Below the pieces are notes generated by a model. It made no database searches and was not told the origin of the DNA. It was given only the letters and a program-made list of their open reading frames with translations. A DNA stretch of 63,432 nucleotides, the filler included, from Octopus bimaculoides (taxonomy: Eukaryota): assembly GCF_001194135.2 (NCBI RefSeq). It is 5 parts of 5 records of this genome, joined end to end, with 100 filler letters (N's around TTAATTAATTAA, not from the genome) between each part and the next. Parts side by side here need not be neighbours in the genome. Positions count along the whole stretch, not along the records: positions 14,427 to 31,421 come from NC_069008.1; positions 31,522 to 49,089 come from NC_068996.1; 3 more parts are not named here. One strand, given 5' to 3'. Shown here piece by piece: positions 23,846 through 34,948 of the stretch; positions within the stretch are counted from its first letter, which is position 1, and the number at the start of each line of letters is the position of its first letter. The translations under genes and the position numbers were made by a program.

Positions 23846-24214
23846 TTCTCTCCCTCTCTCTTTCTCTCTTTCTTTCTTTCTTTCTCTCTCTCTCTTTCTC
23901 TTTCTCCCCCTCTCTCTTTCTCTCTCTCTCTCTCTTTCACTCTAGCTCTCTCCCTAATGCTGTTATGCGTGTAGTCTGTAATGTATGTACACAGACACCT
24001 CAAGAGTAAATAGACACCATTTTGTTTTTGTTATGATTTATTTCTATAAACGAAATAAAGTTATTTGATGCATTTAAATATTTAATCTAGTAGATTTACC
24101 GTGTGCATAATTCATTAACAAGTTTGAAGTCCCAGGTGTTGCCTACAGATAAAGTGGTATAGTGAAGGGTGACTACTTTTGTAATTTCTGTGTATGTATG
24201 TATGTATGTATGTT

Positions 24215-24560
24215 TGACAGAGAATGAAGCATGAGAAGGTGAAGAGAAAGCTTAGAAAAACGAGCTTGTAGAAAATGAAGGAGTATTACTTTTTATGATT
24301 TGAAGGAGGAAATGCTTGAGACGTGCAGACCTGGTCAGCCAATCAGAGAACTTACTGGAATCAACACCTTGTAAATTGTGATACGGCTAAAGTTCACAAG
24401 AGAACATGTACAACCTGTGGGAAGGTATGCTGTTCGGTTGGGGGACTGAAAAGGCATGTCAAAGGACTTCATGCTGTGGCACTTGTTCCTTCTGCCAGCC
24501 AGCAGATTTGCAAATCTTTGGTTGGGCTCAAGAGTCAGACGAACGAAAGCGCTAATACAT
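24215..24560 (+). mobile_element. Decayed RTE-type LINE C-terminus with C2H2-like motifs (DMAP1 intron)
   Basis: TCTTCGKVCCSVGGLKRHVKGLH...CKSLVGLKS resembles the C..C.S..GL..H motif at RTE 3' ends; no splice signals. Confidence 0.6.
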
Positions 24561-24625
24561 GAAAATGGAGATATAATAAAATAAAAAAAGTTTTTTCCAA
24601 AGTTCTGACGATTTTTTTTCAATAT

Positions 24626-24835
24626 ATATACATTCGAAACGCCAGTGTTATGATGGTGGCAGCTGATGAAGGAAATGTTCTCTATGCGGCATGTGTATTT
24701 TCTGTACTCCGTTTATCATTTTGTCCATGTTTTTTTGCAACGTCCTGTACCCAGATATGCATCTATATATACATGTAGATGTAGGTATGTACATACATGT
24801 ACGTGTATATGCATATACTCATTTATTATTTGTAT
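24626..24835 (+). mobile_element. About 210-bp unclassified repeat, probably Penelope-like terminal repeat derivative (other copies 16965-17172 and 19222-19412, minus strand)
   Basis: Three copies: TTCGAAACGCC.GTGTTA...GCAGCTGATGAAGG.AAATGTTCTCTAT...GTACCCA.ATATGCA. Confidence 0.75.
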
Positions 24836-26024
24836 TATATATATATATATAACGGTATAGATGTGTTAAAGTCGGAGATTACCAATTGTAATGATTAATG
24901 TTTTTGTGTTGTGTAGTCGATGTGTCACTAATTGTAACGATAAGTATTATTTACTAATTGTAACAGGTTATAAGATGAACGAGGAAGAGTGATCGAAATT
25001 TCTATAGAAATATTTATTTACCGTTACTCTAATAAATGCCATACCACAACGGGTAGATTAGTGTAATAGTATAACAGTTTGTACGTAAAGCATGCAAGAT
25101 AAAGAAAGTTGATTTTGGCCTGTATATGTATGTACACTTTCTCATAGTAGTATATATATAGATAAAGATAGGGTAATGTTACCGAGAAGAGGATGCGAGC
25201 TAGTGATAGTTATAGAGTCGGGGGAAGTTTTGTCTCATAGTTGGCTGGTTGTAAACTTCTGTCTCCTTTTGGTCGTTTTGTCTTTAGGTGGCTGCCTGCT
25301 TGTGACTATATCTGTTGATGACCGTTCCCTAACTAATTGAGTTGTCACTAGTTACTTTGCTCTGTGTCCCCAAGTGACTACTAATTGTTTGGCTTGGGGT
25401 CTCCTGTTTTTATAGCTATCTAGAAGGATAGATATATTACTGAGAACAATGGATTTAGCTGGCGGTCTTGTTATCTCTATTCTAGATTTTGATGGAGTAG
25501 AAGAGGTTAGAAAGGGTCAAGTGGTGAAGACATTGTTTCGGCCTAGCTAAAGGCATCTGGAAAATATTAAACTGCTGTCAGATCACAACCATTGTTCCAC
25601 CATGGGAAAAGTTCTGACGCAGTGTTAATTTAAATTTGGGTGTAGTGGATCGAATCCACTTCATGCCTGCAAGATTCACTACATATACATATATATATAA
25701 TGTTGTCAGCCTAAGACATGTTTGTTATCTCCCTTGGGATAACATTGGTTATCTCCCTTGCATTTATCCTCTTGCCTCCTTCTTTACTAACGTCTCTTGT
25801 TTAAACGGACAAACGGGTTATGTTTTCAGCTTGATAAATGACGAAATAATTTATTATTTCGACCTGGGAACCCTGTGTAGCCGTGTTTAATAAAAATTGA
25901 GATTTTTAAAAATCATAACATTGTCTTTACTCTCCTAGCTGATTGAGTGCTTTTTTACTTGTTGAAGCATTCCCATATAATTCATATATACTCACACACA
26001 CACATATAGTTATACACACACACG

Positions 26025-26055
<31 letters not shown>

Positions 26056-26231
26056 GGAGGCGTGTGGTCTGGTGCAGCCTTTTGGCTTGCCAGTCCTCAG
26101 TCAAAACGTCCAACCCATGCCAACATGGAAAGCGGACATTAAATGATGATGATGATGATATATATATATAAATTCTCTCATGTAGAGCTGCACTCTAATA
26201 TCTCTCTTTCTCTCTTTTTCTCTCTCCACAG

Positions 26232-26306
26232 GACGGCACCATATTCCTTCATTGGCGCCGGGTTGCTGACGAAGCCAAAGATTATCCCTTTGCCAGGTTC
26301 AACAAG
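26232..26306 (+). CDS. DMAP1: DMAP1 coding exon 4 (DGTIFLHWRRVADEAKDYPFARFNK)
   Basis: long pyrimidine tract plus cacag| acceptor, AAG|gtaaat donor; HWRR and DYPFARFNK motifs. Confidence 0.95.
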
Positions 26307-26736
26307 GTAAATAACTGATTCCTTCCGTTTACGAAACAAGAGGTGGTGGTCATATTTTGTTGTACTTTCTGCTTTCTTACATACAGCTTGCAGGCGTGGC
26401 TGTGTGGTAAGAGATTTGCTCCCCAACCACATGGGTTTGGGTTCAGTCTCACTGTGTGGAGGCACATGACTTAGTGGTTACGGTGTCAGCATTATAATCG
26501 TAAGATTATGGTTTCAATTCCTGGACTGGGCAACACATTGTGTTCTTGAGCAAGACACTTCATTTCACATTGCTCCAGTCCACTCAACTGGCATAAATGA
26601 GTTACCCTGCTACGGAATATGAGTGACAGCTGTATTTCCTGTAATCTATTGTAACATACTTTATTCTTTAACCTCACTCAGATTCAACTCAATGTCTGCT
26701 CTATTCTCATGTATTTCCAATCTCTGATTTTTACAG

Positions 26737-26955
26737 ACGGTGGATGTACCAACGTACTCTGACCTGGAGTACCAACAACACCTTCATGACGACAGCTGGA
26801 CGAGGCACGAGACCGACCACCTGTTTGACCTGTGCCGGAGGTTTGATCTCCGCTTCATTGTCATTCACGACCGGTGGGATCGCAGTAAATACCCGAACAG
26901 AAGTGTGGAGGACATCAAGGAACGATACTACAACATATGTAACACACTGGTCAAG
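26737..26955 (+). CDS. DMAP1: DMAP1 coding exon 5, SANT/Myb-like domain (TVDVPTYSDLEY...WTRHETDHLFDLCRRFDLRFIVIHDRW...RSVEDIKERYYNICNTLVK)
   Basis: tttttacag| acceptor, AAG|gtaact donor; 219 nt; DMAP1 SANT domain motifs. Confidence 0.97.
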
Positions 26956-27034
26956 GTAACTATACGTGTGTATGTGTGTGTCTGTGTGTCCCTCTCTTTT
27001 CTTTCTCACAAGCATATATAGATGTATCTGTCTC

Positions 27035-27310
27035 TCCCCACTGAAAGAAGCCTGTTGTGTGTGTGTGTATGTGTGTGTATTGTTGTGTATGTGTTTGTCA
27101 CCCCCCCCATCACCACTTGACACCTGGTGTTGGTGTGTTTACATCCACATAACTGAGCGGTTTTGGAAAAAAGACCGATAGAATAAGTACTAGGCTTTAA
27201 AAATGAATAACTCCTGGGGTTGATTTGTTCAATTAAAACTCTTCAAGGCAGTGCTTCAGCATGGCCACAGTCAAATGATTGAAGTTAGTAAAAGAATATA
27301 AAAATAAAAG
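27035..27310 (+). mobile_element. SINE family A 3' half (DMAP1 intron)
   Basis: CTGAAAGAAGCC...GACCGATAGAATAAGTACTAGGCTT...CAGCATGGCCACAGTC. Confidence 0.8.
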
Positions 27311-27340
27311 AATATATACCTGCTACTCTTTGTTTTACAG

Positions 27341-27448
27341 GTGAGAGCCACCCAAGGCCCAGAACCCAAAATTTGGGTCTTTGATGCCAGTCATGAAAGA
27401 AAACGGAAGTTACAGTTGATCAAGTTGTTTAACCGAACTCCTAAATTG
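27341..27448 (+). CDS. DMAP1: DMAP1 coding exon 6 (VRATQGPEPKIWVFDASHERKRKLQLIKLFNRTPKL)
   Basis: tgttttacag| acceptor, TTG|gtgagt donor; FDA.HER.RK.QL..L.NRTP motif. Confidence 0.93.
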
Positions 27449-27491
27449 GTGAGTAGAATGAGCCAAATACAAGCATGGATATATTCTGTTG

Positions 27492-27860
27492 TTATTACCT
27501 CCGCCATAGCAAAAGCAGAGGTGTTGTTTTCAGTGATGTTTGTTTGTTTGTCCATGTATAAGATATCTCAAGAACCGCTGGATGGATTTGGATGAAACTT
27601 TCAGAGATGTTTGGCCTCATGACTGACACGAACTGATTAAATTTTGGGATCGATCCGGTACTGGGCAAGGATTCTGGATTATTTTCCCTGTTTTTTTACT
27701 TAATTTTTGAGAGCGGTCAGGTTCATTTTTAGTATTCTCGTTTGTGAGAGCAATCGAGTTTATTTCAGATATTCTCATTTTAAAAATCATCTCCAGCTAA
27801 TTATTAAGTGAACGTCGGTGATGCTTTGGCGGAGGTTTGCACTCTCTGAGTGTTCTTGTT
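27492..27860 (+). mobile_element. Helentron-associated (HINE/DINE-1-like) non-autonomous element
   Basis: Subterminal IR ACCTCCGCCA (27497-27506) / TGGCGGAGGT (27827-27836), followed by GCACTC-tct-GAGTGT stem-loop; short (GTTT)n inside. Confidence 0.75.
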
Positions 27861-28215
27861 GTTACTGTTTAAGTTCAGGTCAGGCCTGTTTCAACAAATC
27901 TGTAATTAACCGTTTAGCATTCATATTATTCTGTTAAACATAATGTTTATTTATTTACATTTATTGAAGTAATCATGCATTGTCTCATTGAAAATAGGCA
28001 AGCTTTTAAACATATCAAATATAAGGTATACCAGGCTATACTGCTTCTTCCCTGCTGTATGGGGCTGAAATGTGGACAGTCTATAAAGGTCAAGGAGACA
28101 AGTTACATGCACATATGATGAGCCAGTGGTGACACATTATGAATATCACTCTCTTTGACAAGATTAGCAATGAAGAGATCCTATCTCTCTACCTGTCCAC
28201 CTATCTATCAATCTA

Positions 28216-28246
<31 letters not shown>

Positions 28247-28550
28247 GTCTATCTATCTATCTATCTATCTATCTATATATCTATCGATCTATCTATATAT
28301 CTATCTATCTCTGTCTATCTATCTTTCTCTCCATCCACCAATCTGTCCACCTGTCTCTGTCTGTCCGGCCACTCATCCATGCATCCATTCATCCATCTAT
28401 TTGTCTGTCTGTTTATTTGCCAGTCTGTCCATCCATTTATTTCCCCGTCTGTCTATCCATCCATCTACCTACCTGTCTATCTAGCTATAAACTCATCCAC
28501 ACACACACACACACTCACAAACACACACATCCATCCATCCACCCAGTACA

Positions 28551-28617
<67 letters not shown>

Positions 28618-28679
28618 AACTAACCCATCCATCAAGACTGTCTCTCACTACCCACCTCTTCCGTCTCTTTTAATGACAG

Positions 28680-28877
28680 GTCGAGGAGGAGGAACACCTG
28701 ATTGCTGAACTGAAGAAGATCGAACTCCGTAAGAAGGAACGCGAGAAAAAGACGCAGGATCTGCAGAAGTTGATAACTGCTGCCGACAGCAACATAGACA
28801 ACCGCCGTGTAGAGAGAAAGACCACAAAGAAGAAGGTCTATCAACAGCAGAAACTCAAGGAAGGCAGCCTCTCTACT
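28680..28877 (+). CDS. DMAP1: DMAP1 coding exon 7, coiled coil (VEEEEHLIAELKKIELRKKEREKKTQDLQKLITAAD...KLKEGSLST)
   Basis: ctcttttaatgacag| acceptor, ACT|gtacgt donor; 198 nt; RKKEREK..QDLQKLITAAD motif. Confidence 0.93.
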
Positions 28878-29039
28878 GTACGTTCATTCACTTGATTATC
28901 ATTATTTTCTTAAGTGGTGGTCACGGTTGACTCTTTTAAGTTTACTGTAATGTCTCTCTTTGTAATGTAGCTAATTAATAATTAACTGGCAGAATCATTA
29001 ACTGTGCTGGATAAAAATGTTTACTTTTTTTACTATTTA

Positions 29040-29894
29040 CTTGTTTCAGTCGTTTGACTGCGGGCCATGCTGGGGCACCGCCTTTTAGTCGAGCAAATCA
29101 ACCCCAGGACTTATTCTTTTTAAGCTTAGTACTTATTCTTTCGGTCTCTTTTGCCGAACTGCTAAGTCACGGGCACGTAAACACACCAGCAACGNNNNNN
29201 NNNNNNNNNNNNNNNNNNNNNNNNNNNNNNNNNNNNNNNNNNNNNNNNNNNNNNNNNNNNNNNNNNNNNNNNNNNNNNNNNNNNNNNNNNNNNNNNNNNN
29301 NNNNNNNNNNNNNNNNNNNNNNNNNNNNNNNNNNNNNNNNNNNNNNNNNNNNNNNNNNNNNNNNNNNNNNNNNNNNNNNNNNNNNNNNNNNNNNNNNNNN
29401 NNNNNNNNNNNNNNNNNNNNNNNNNNNNNNNNNNNNNNNNNNNNNNNNNNNNNNNNNNNNNNNNNNNNNNNNNNNNNNNNNNNNNNNNNNNNNNNNNNNN
29501 NNNNNNNNNNNNNNNNNNNNNNNNNNNNNNNNNNNNNNNNNNNNNNNNNNNNNNNNNNNNNNNNNNNNNNNNNNNNNNNNNNNNNNNNNNNNNNNNNNNN
29601 NNNNNNNNNNNNNNNNNNNNNNNNNNNNNNNNNNNNNNNNNNNNNNNNNNNNNNNNNNNNNNNNNNNNNNNNNNNNNNNNNNNNNNNNNNNNNNNNNNNN
29701 NNNNNNNNNNNNNNNNNNNNNNNNNNNNNNNNNNNNNNNNNNNNNNNNNNNNNNNNNNNNNNNNNNNNNNNNNNNNNNNNNNNNNNNNNNNNNNNNNNNN
29801 NNNNNNNNNNNNNNNNNNNNNNNNNNNNNNNNNNNNNNNNNNNNNNNNNNNNNNNNNNNNNNNNNNNNNNNNNNNNNNNNNNNGACAAACACAA

Positions 29895-29940
<46 letters not shown>

Positions 29941-29985
29941 ACGACGGGCTTCTTTCAGTTTCCGTCTACCAAATCCGCTCACAGA
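29040..29985 (-). mobile_element. SINE family A, minus strand, split by N gap
   Basis: 3' part at 29040-29194, core part at 29884-29985. Confidence 0.75.
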
Positions 29986-30569
29986 CTGACTGGTACATGC
30001 CAGGGTGGAACATGGCTGTTAAATGATGATGATGATGATGATGATGATGGTTATGGTGTTGATGATGATGAATATGATGGTGATGATGATTATGGTGATA
30101 ACAATGATGATGATGATTATGGTGATGACNNNNNNNNNNNNNNNNNNNNNNNNNNNNNNNNNNNNNNNNNNNNNNNNNNNNNNNNNNNNNNNNNNNNNNN
30201 NNNNNNNNNNNNNNNNTTGATGATGATGAATATGATGGTGATGATGATTATGGTGATAACAATGATGATGATGATTATGGTGATGACGGTGATGATGATG
30301 GTGGTGGTCATGATGATCAATACATAAGATGGTTAGACAGTGATAGATAGATAGATGGATTGCTTATCAATCCTGTCCATATATGGGCGCAGGAGCGGCT
30401 GTGTGGTAAGTCGCTTGCAGGTGTTGGAGATGGACAAATGGTGTGGATAAGCAGCAGGGGCTTGTTCGAGGAGAAATTGAGGATTTTGTGTTGGTTCCTT
30501 AATTGTTTGTATTGTATGAGTTCAATGTTTGCTATTTATTTATTTCGTTGTGTTTGGTTTTTTTCATAG

Positions 30570-30641
30570 ACGACCCCTGAAACCGGTGGAATCAAGTTCC
30601 CTGATTACAAACAGTCTGGAGTGACTCTGCGCAGCCAAAGG
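30570..30641 (+). CDS. DMAP1: DMAP1 coding exon 8 (TTPETGGIKFPDYKQSGVTLRSQR); last exon visible
   Basis: tttttttcatag| acceptor, AGG|gtaagt donor; GIKFPD.K..GVTLRSQR motif. Confidence 0.93.
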
Positions 30642-31242
30642 GTAAGTTGGAGGGGAACGGAGAGGAGAAGGGGGAGAAGGGAAAAAAGAGGGAGAGGGAA
30701 GAAGGAACGAAATAGGGAGGGAGAGAGAAAGAGAGAGGGGGAAAGAGAGAAGGAGAGAAAGGGAGTGGGGGGGAGAGAAGAGAAAGAGAGTAATAAAGAT
30801 GAGAGAGATGAAAAAGGTAAGGGAGAGAGTAATGAAGGAAGAAAGAAAGAGTAAGGAAATAATAGAGAGAGAGTGTGAGAAAGAATGATAGAATGAGAGA
30901 TATAGGATGGAATAGACATTTGCCTTGTGGTCATGAGGTCATGTGTTAGTGTCAGCAGTCTGAAATCCCTTGCAAATGAGAATGTCTTTTAGTGTAACCT
31001 TGGATTGGATCTGGACGTCTGTATGGAGAACCTATCCCATGCCATACTTGTAGTTGAGAGGTCTGGCCTTGTCATACACTAATGTCATACTGCCTGGAGA
31101 GTCAAAGACCCAGCATTACCTACAAGAGTCTGTGGAATACACAGCCAATTTTACTCTATAATTCTCTGGGCGAGTAGTTATTGTGAGTGCATTTAGATAC
31201 ACACACATGTGTATATGCACACACACACATAGGTATATATAT

Positions 31243-31421
31243 ATGTGGCTGTGTGGTAAGTAGCTTGCTTACCAACCACATGGTTCAGGGTTCAGTCCCA
31301 CTGCGTGGCACCTTGGGCAAGTGTCTTCTACTATAGCCTCGGGCTGATCAAAGCCTTGTGAGTGGATTTGGTAGACGGAAACTGAAAGAAGCCCGTCATA
31401 TATATGTATATATATATATAT
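31243..31421 (+). mobile_element. SINE family A 5' half (ends at scaffold join)
   Basis: Head and core match, ends in internal (TA)n. Confidence 0.88.
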
Positions 31422-31521
31422 NNNNNNNNNNNNNNNNNNNNNNNNNNNNNNNNNNNNNNNNNNNNTTAATTAATTAANNNNNNNNNNNNNNNNNNNNNNN
31501 NNNNNNNNNNNNNNNNNNNNN
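31422..31521. other. Artificial scaffold-join spacer N44-TTAATTAATTAA-N44
   Basis: As above. Confidence 0.95.
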
Positions 31522-32957
31522 ATACATATGCCTATATAGACATATATATTATATATTTTGCATATACACATGCATATTCAAAAATCTCTGTTTATGAAAG
31601 CAAATCACCTAACAATATGTCTGCTAGATAAGTACTTTCTTATTGTAATAGAGATTCCATAGAGTAATAATCAATACAACGCGAGAAGAACAATCAGGTG
31701 CCAAGTCGACAGAGTTTGTAAGAGCGAAGTGTTTAGATGGCACCTGTCACCAGAATTTTGCCAGATGTAGAAGAGGCTTTACAGTATTCTACTTTAGGAA
31801 ACTCGCACACATACGTGCACACACAATCACACATGCACGCACAGACATACACACACACACACTCACACACACACACACACACACACATTCACGCGCACAC
31901 ACATACAAAATACCGTTGTAGACAGTGTATTTCACCAGGATTGAGTTTTGTGTCTTAAGATTATTTTAAGATTACTCTAATGATTGTTGTTGTTGTCTGT
32001 GTCTGTGTGCGCGCGCGCGTTTGTCTGTGTGTTTTTGTGATTGTGTTTGAATCCCAACTGCTTGACAGCCGGTGTTGCTTCGTTTACGTGGCTGACACCT
32101 AGAAATGTAGCAATATATATATATATATATATATATAAATGATAAATACCCTGCTTTAAAAGTAAGTTCTATGATTGCTTTGTTCGACTAAACCCTCCAA
32201 GGCGTTATCCGGCCGAAGTCCAATGACTGAGACACATAAAAAAAATAAAGAAAATGATATACATTCATGCATCCATTATTTGCAGACAAATTGCAGATAC
32301 AAGTACTACCATCGAACACTGTTTAAAACCGGACACTAACCAGATTAAGGGGTCATCAGGAGAGAATGTACGACATTTTGGAGCCTTTCTCTGGACGGCA
32401 TTATTGTGATCACACCCCACTTGCTACATCAACTAGTTACTAGGCGTCATATAATATTTTACTGTAGCCTAGATATTGTTGATAATGGTATTTGCTTTAC
32501 GTTAAGTTAGGCTTAGTGACACCATCCATTGTCTCATTCTGTTTCCAATAAATGCTCTGCACCCAATGTATGAGTTACTATATTTCTGGCTCATTCTTCC
32601 TTCATCGTTTGCTGTTTTATTTAGTCTCTAAATCTAGTGAAAGATGATTACAAACGTCATTCAATCTGTTAATCATTCAATCAATCAATCAATCAATCAA
32701 TTAAGCAATATATATATATATANNNNNNNNNNNNNNNNNNNNNNNNNNNNNNNNNNNNNNNNNNNNNNNNNNNNNNNNNNNNNNNNNNNNNNNNNNNNNN
32801 NNNNNNNNNNNNNNNNNNNNNNNNNNNNNNNNNNNNNNNNNNATAACTCGGACAAAATAAATTGGTTAATAGATACCAGGGTAGCAAAGATCACAAAATG
32901 ACTGTGGTGTAACTCCTGTTTATGAGGTAGAAACTCCTTGTTATTTTGGGTACTTGA

Positions 32958-33254
32958 GTATATATAAATTTAATGAATGGAGTAAAACGCATATATTAAC
33001 TGCATACTTTTATTTCCAACATATGTTTCGAAGATTACAAATTATACCTTCCATAGGAATAGGTGATGTTGATAAAAATGTAATCTTCTCTTCAGGGAAA
33101 TGCATGGGAACCAGCATTAATGAGAAGATTACATTTTTATCAACATCACCTATTCCTATGGAAGGTATAATTTGTAATCTTCGAAACATATGTTGGAAAT
33201 AAAAGTATGCAGTTAACATATGCGTTTTACTTCATTTACTAAATTTATATACAC
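32958..33254. repeat. Long inverted repeat (about 95-bp perfect arms, 31-nt spacer)
   Basis: 32996-33090 is the exact reverse complement of 33122-33216; the ORF track shows the same peptide on both strands. Confidence 0.95.
33012..33101 (-). ncRNA. Type I hammerhead ribozyme, intact core
   Basis: Minus strand: ATTTCC-CTGAAGA-GAAGATTACA-[39 nt]-TGTAATCTTC-GAAA-CATATG-TT-GGAAAT; helix I 6 bp, helix II 10 bp, palindromic helix III, GUU triplet. Confidence 0.8.
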
Positions 33255-33261
33255 ATGCTGA

Positions 33262-33572
33262 AACCCCCTTCGGTCATGACTGACCATGGGATTGCACCTC
33301 GAACGTCACCCTCCGAAGCACAAGTCTGGGAAAGGTTGTTTATGAAAGACCAGCAGTCGGCCGTGCAGCATACCAGCCTCCCCTCTCTCAAGGGAAAGGC
33401 AAAGACCAATACAGCTTGGCACCAGTGACGTCACAACTCATTTCTACAGGAGAGTGAACTGGAGCAACGTGACATAAAGTGTCTTGCTCAAGAACACAAC
33501 ACGCAGCCCGGTCCAGCAATCGAAGTCACAACATCACGATCGTAAGCTCGACGCCCTAACCACTGAGCCACA
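33262..33572 (-). mobile_element. SINE family C
   Basis: Reverse-complement match to 60835-61150. Confidence 0.85.
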
Positions 33573-34790
33573 CACATATATATATATATTGTTATTGGCT
33601 TAGAATTAGGTGCTAAAAATATGTTGAAGTAACTGGTTATGACATGAAAGAGTGCATTCNNNNNNNNNNNNNNNNNNNNNNNNNNNNNNNNNNNNNNNNN
33701 NNNNNNNNNNNNNNNNNNNNNNNNNNNNNNNNNNNNNNNNNNNNNNNNNNNNNNNNNNNNNNNNNNNNNNNNNNNNNNNNNNNNNNNNNNNNNNNNNNNN
33801 NNNNNNNNNNNNNNNNNNNNNNNNNNNNNNNNNNNNNNNNNNNNNNNNNNNNNNNNNNNNNNNNNNNNNNNNNNNNNNNNNNNNNNNNNNNNNNNNNNNN
33901 NNNNNNNNNNNNNNNNNNNNNNNNNNNNNNNNNNNNNNNNNNNNNNNNNNNNNNNNNNNNNNNNNNNNNNNNNNNNNNNNNNNNNNNNNNNNNNNNNNNN
34001 NNNNNNNNNNNNNNNNNNNNNNNNNNNNNNNNNNNNNNNNNNNNNNNNNNNNNNNNNNNNNNNNNNNNNNNNNNNNNNNNNNNNNNNNNNNNNNNNNNNN
34101 NNNNNNNNNNNNNNNNNNNNNNNNNNNNNNNNNNNNNNNNNNNNNNNNNNNNNNNNNNNNNNNNNNNNNNNNNNNNNNNNNNNNNNNNNNNNNNNNNNNN
34201 NNNNNNNNNNNNNNTTTCTGGTGCTAGAATGTGTAGTCTCAACTTGTTTGGGTATTTGTACCTCAAATGGGTCATCCAATACTTCCATGAGGATTTCATT
34301 TCTCGTAACTGTTTTATGTTTTTGTTGCTGCTAGTACTACAGAGGCCACTAAATATTCCATGTTAAAACGATTTTTTTCTTTGGTTTCATACCAAAAAAA
34401 AAAAAAGAAGTAAAGAGAAAAATTAAACGCGCAACGCAAGCTTCGAACAAGTCGTCGCCACTTTTATACCCTGGTATGTTGGATATATAATATAACTAAG
34501 CAGGGGGAAAGAAAGTGATTACACGACGCCCTAATATTAATATTAAACGAGACTTAATGCTCTATAGCATGACTCACAGCGAACTGCTTACCAACCCGAA
34601 CTGCTAATTGCTCACAATTCTTTAATTTATAACAATGATGCAGTCCACCTTTAGTGACTTGCGGGGTGGCAGAAATCAGATGACGAAGAAATAAACGATT
34701 ATGTTATGAACTTCATTAGCTCACAGGTGTTTCCGCTATAGATGCAGTTGACTCATGATTGGGTGCCCGACAAACACCTTATAGCTTCAT

Positions 34791-34878
<88 letters not shown>

Positions 34879-34948
34879 GTGTGTGTATATCAAAACAAAC
34901 TTTCAATTTTTGCTGGAAATAGCAGTCGATAACCGTACGACAGTATGT

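Noticed and set aside
24630-24680. Self-contained type II hammerhead in the 210-bp repeat
   Set aside because: No helix I between the putative cleavage site and CUGAUGA; kept only as permuted halves.
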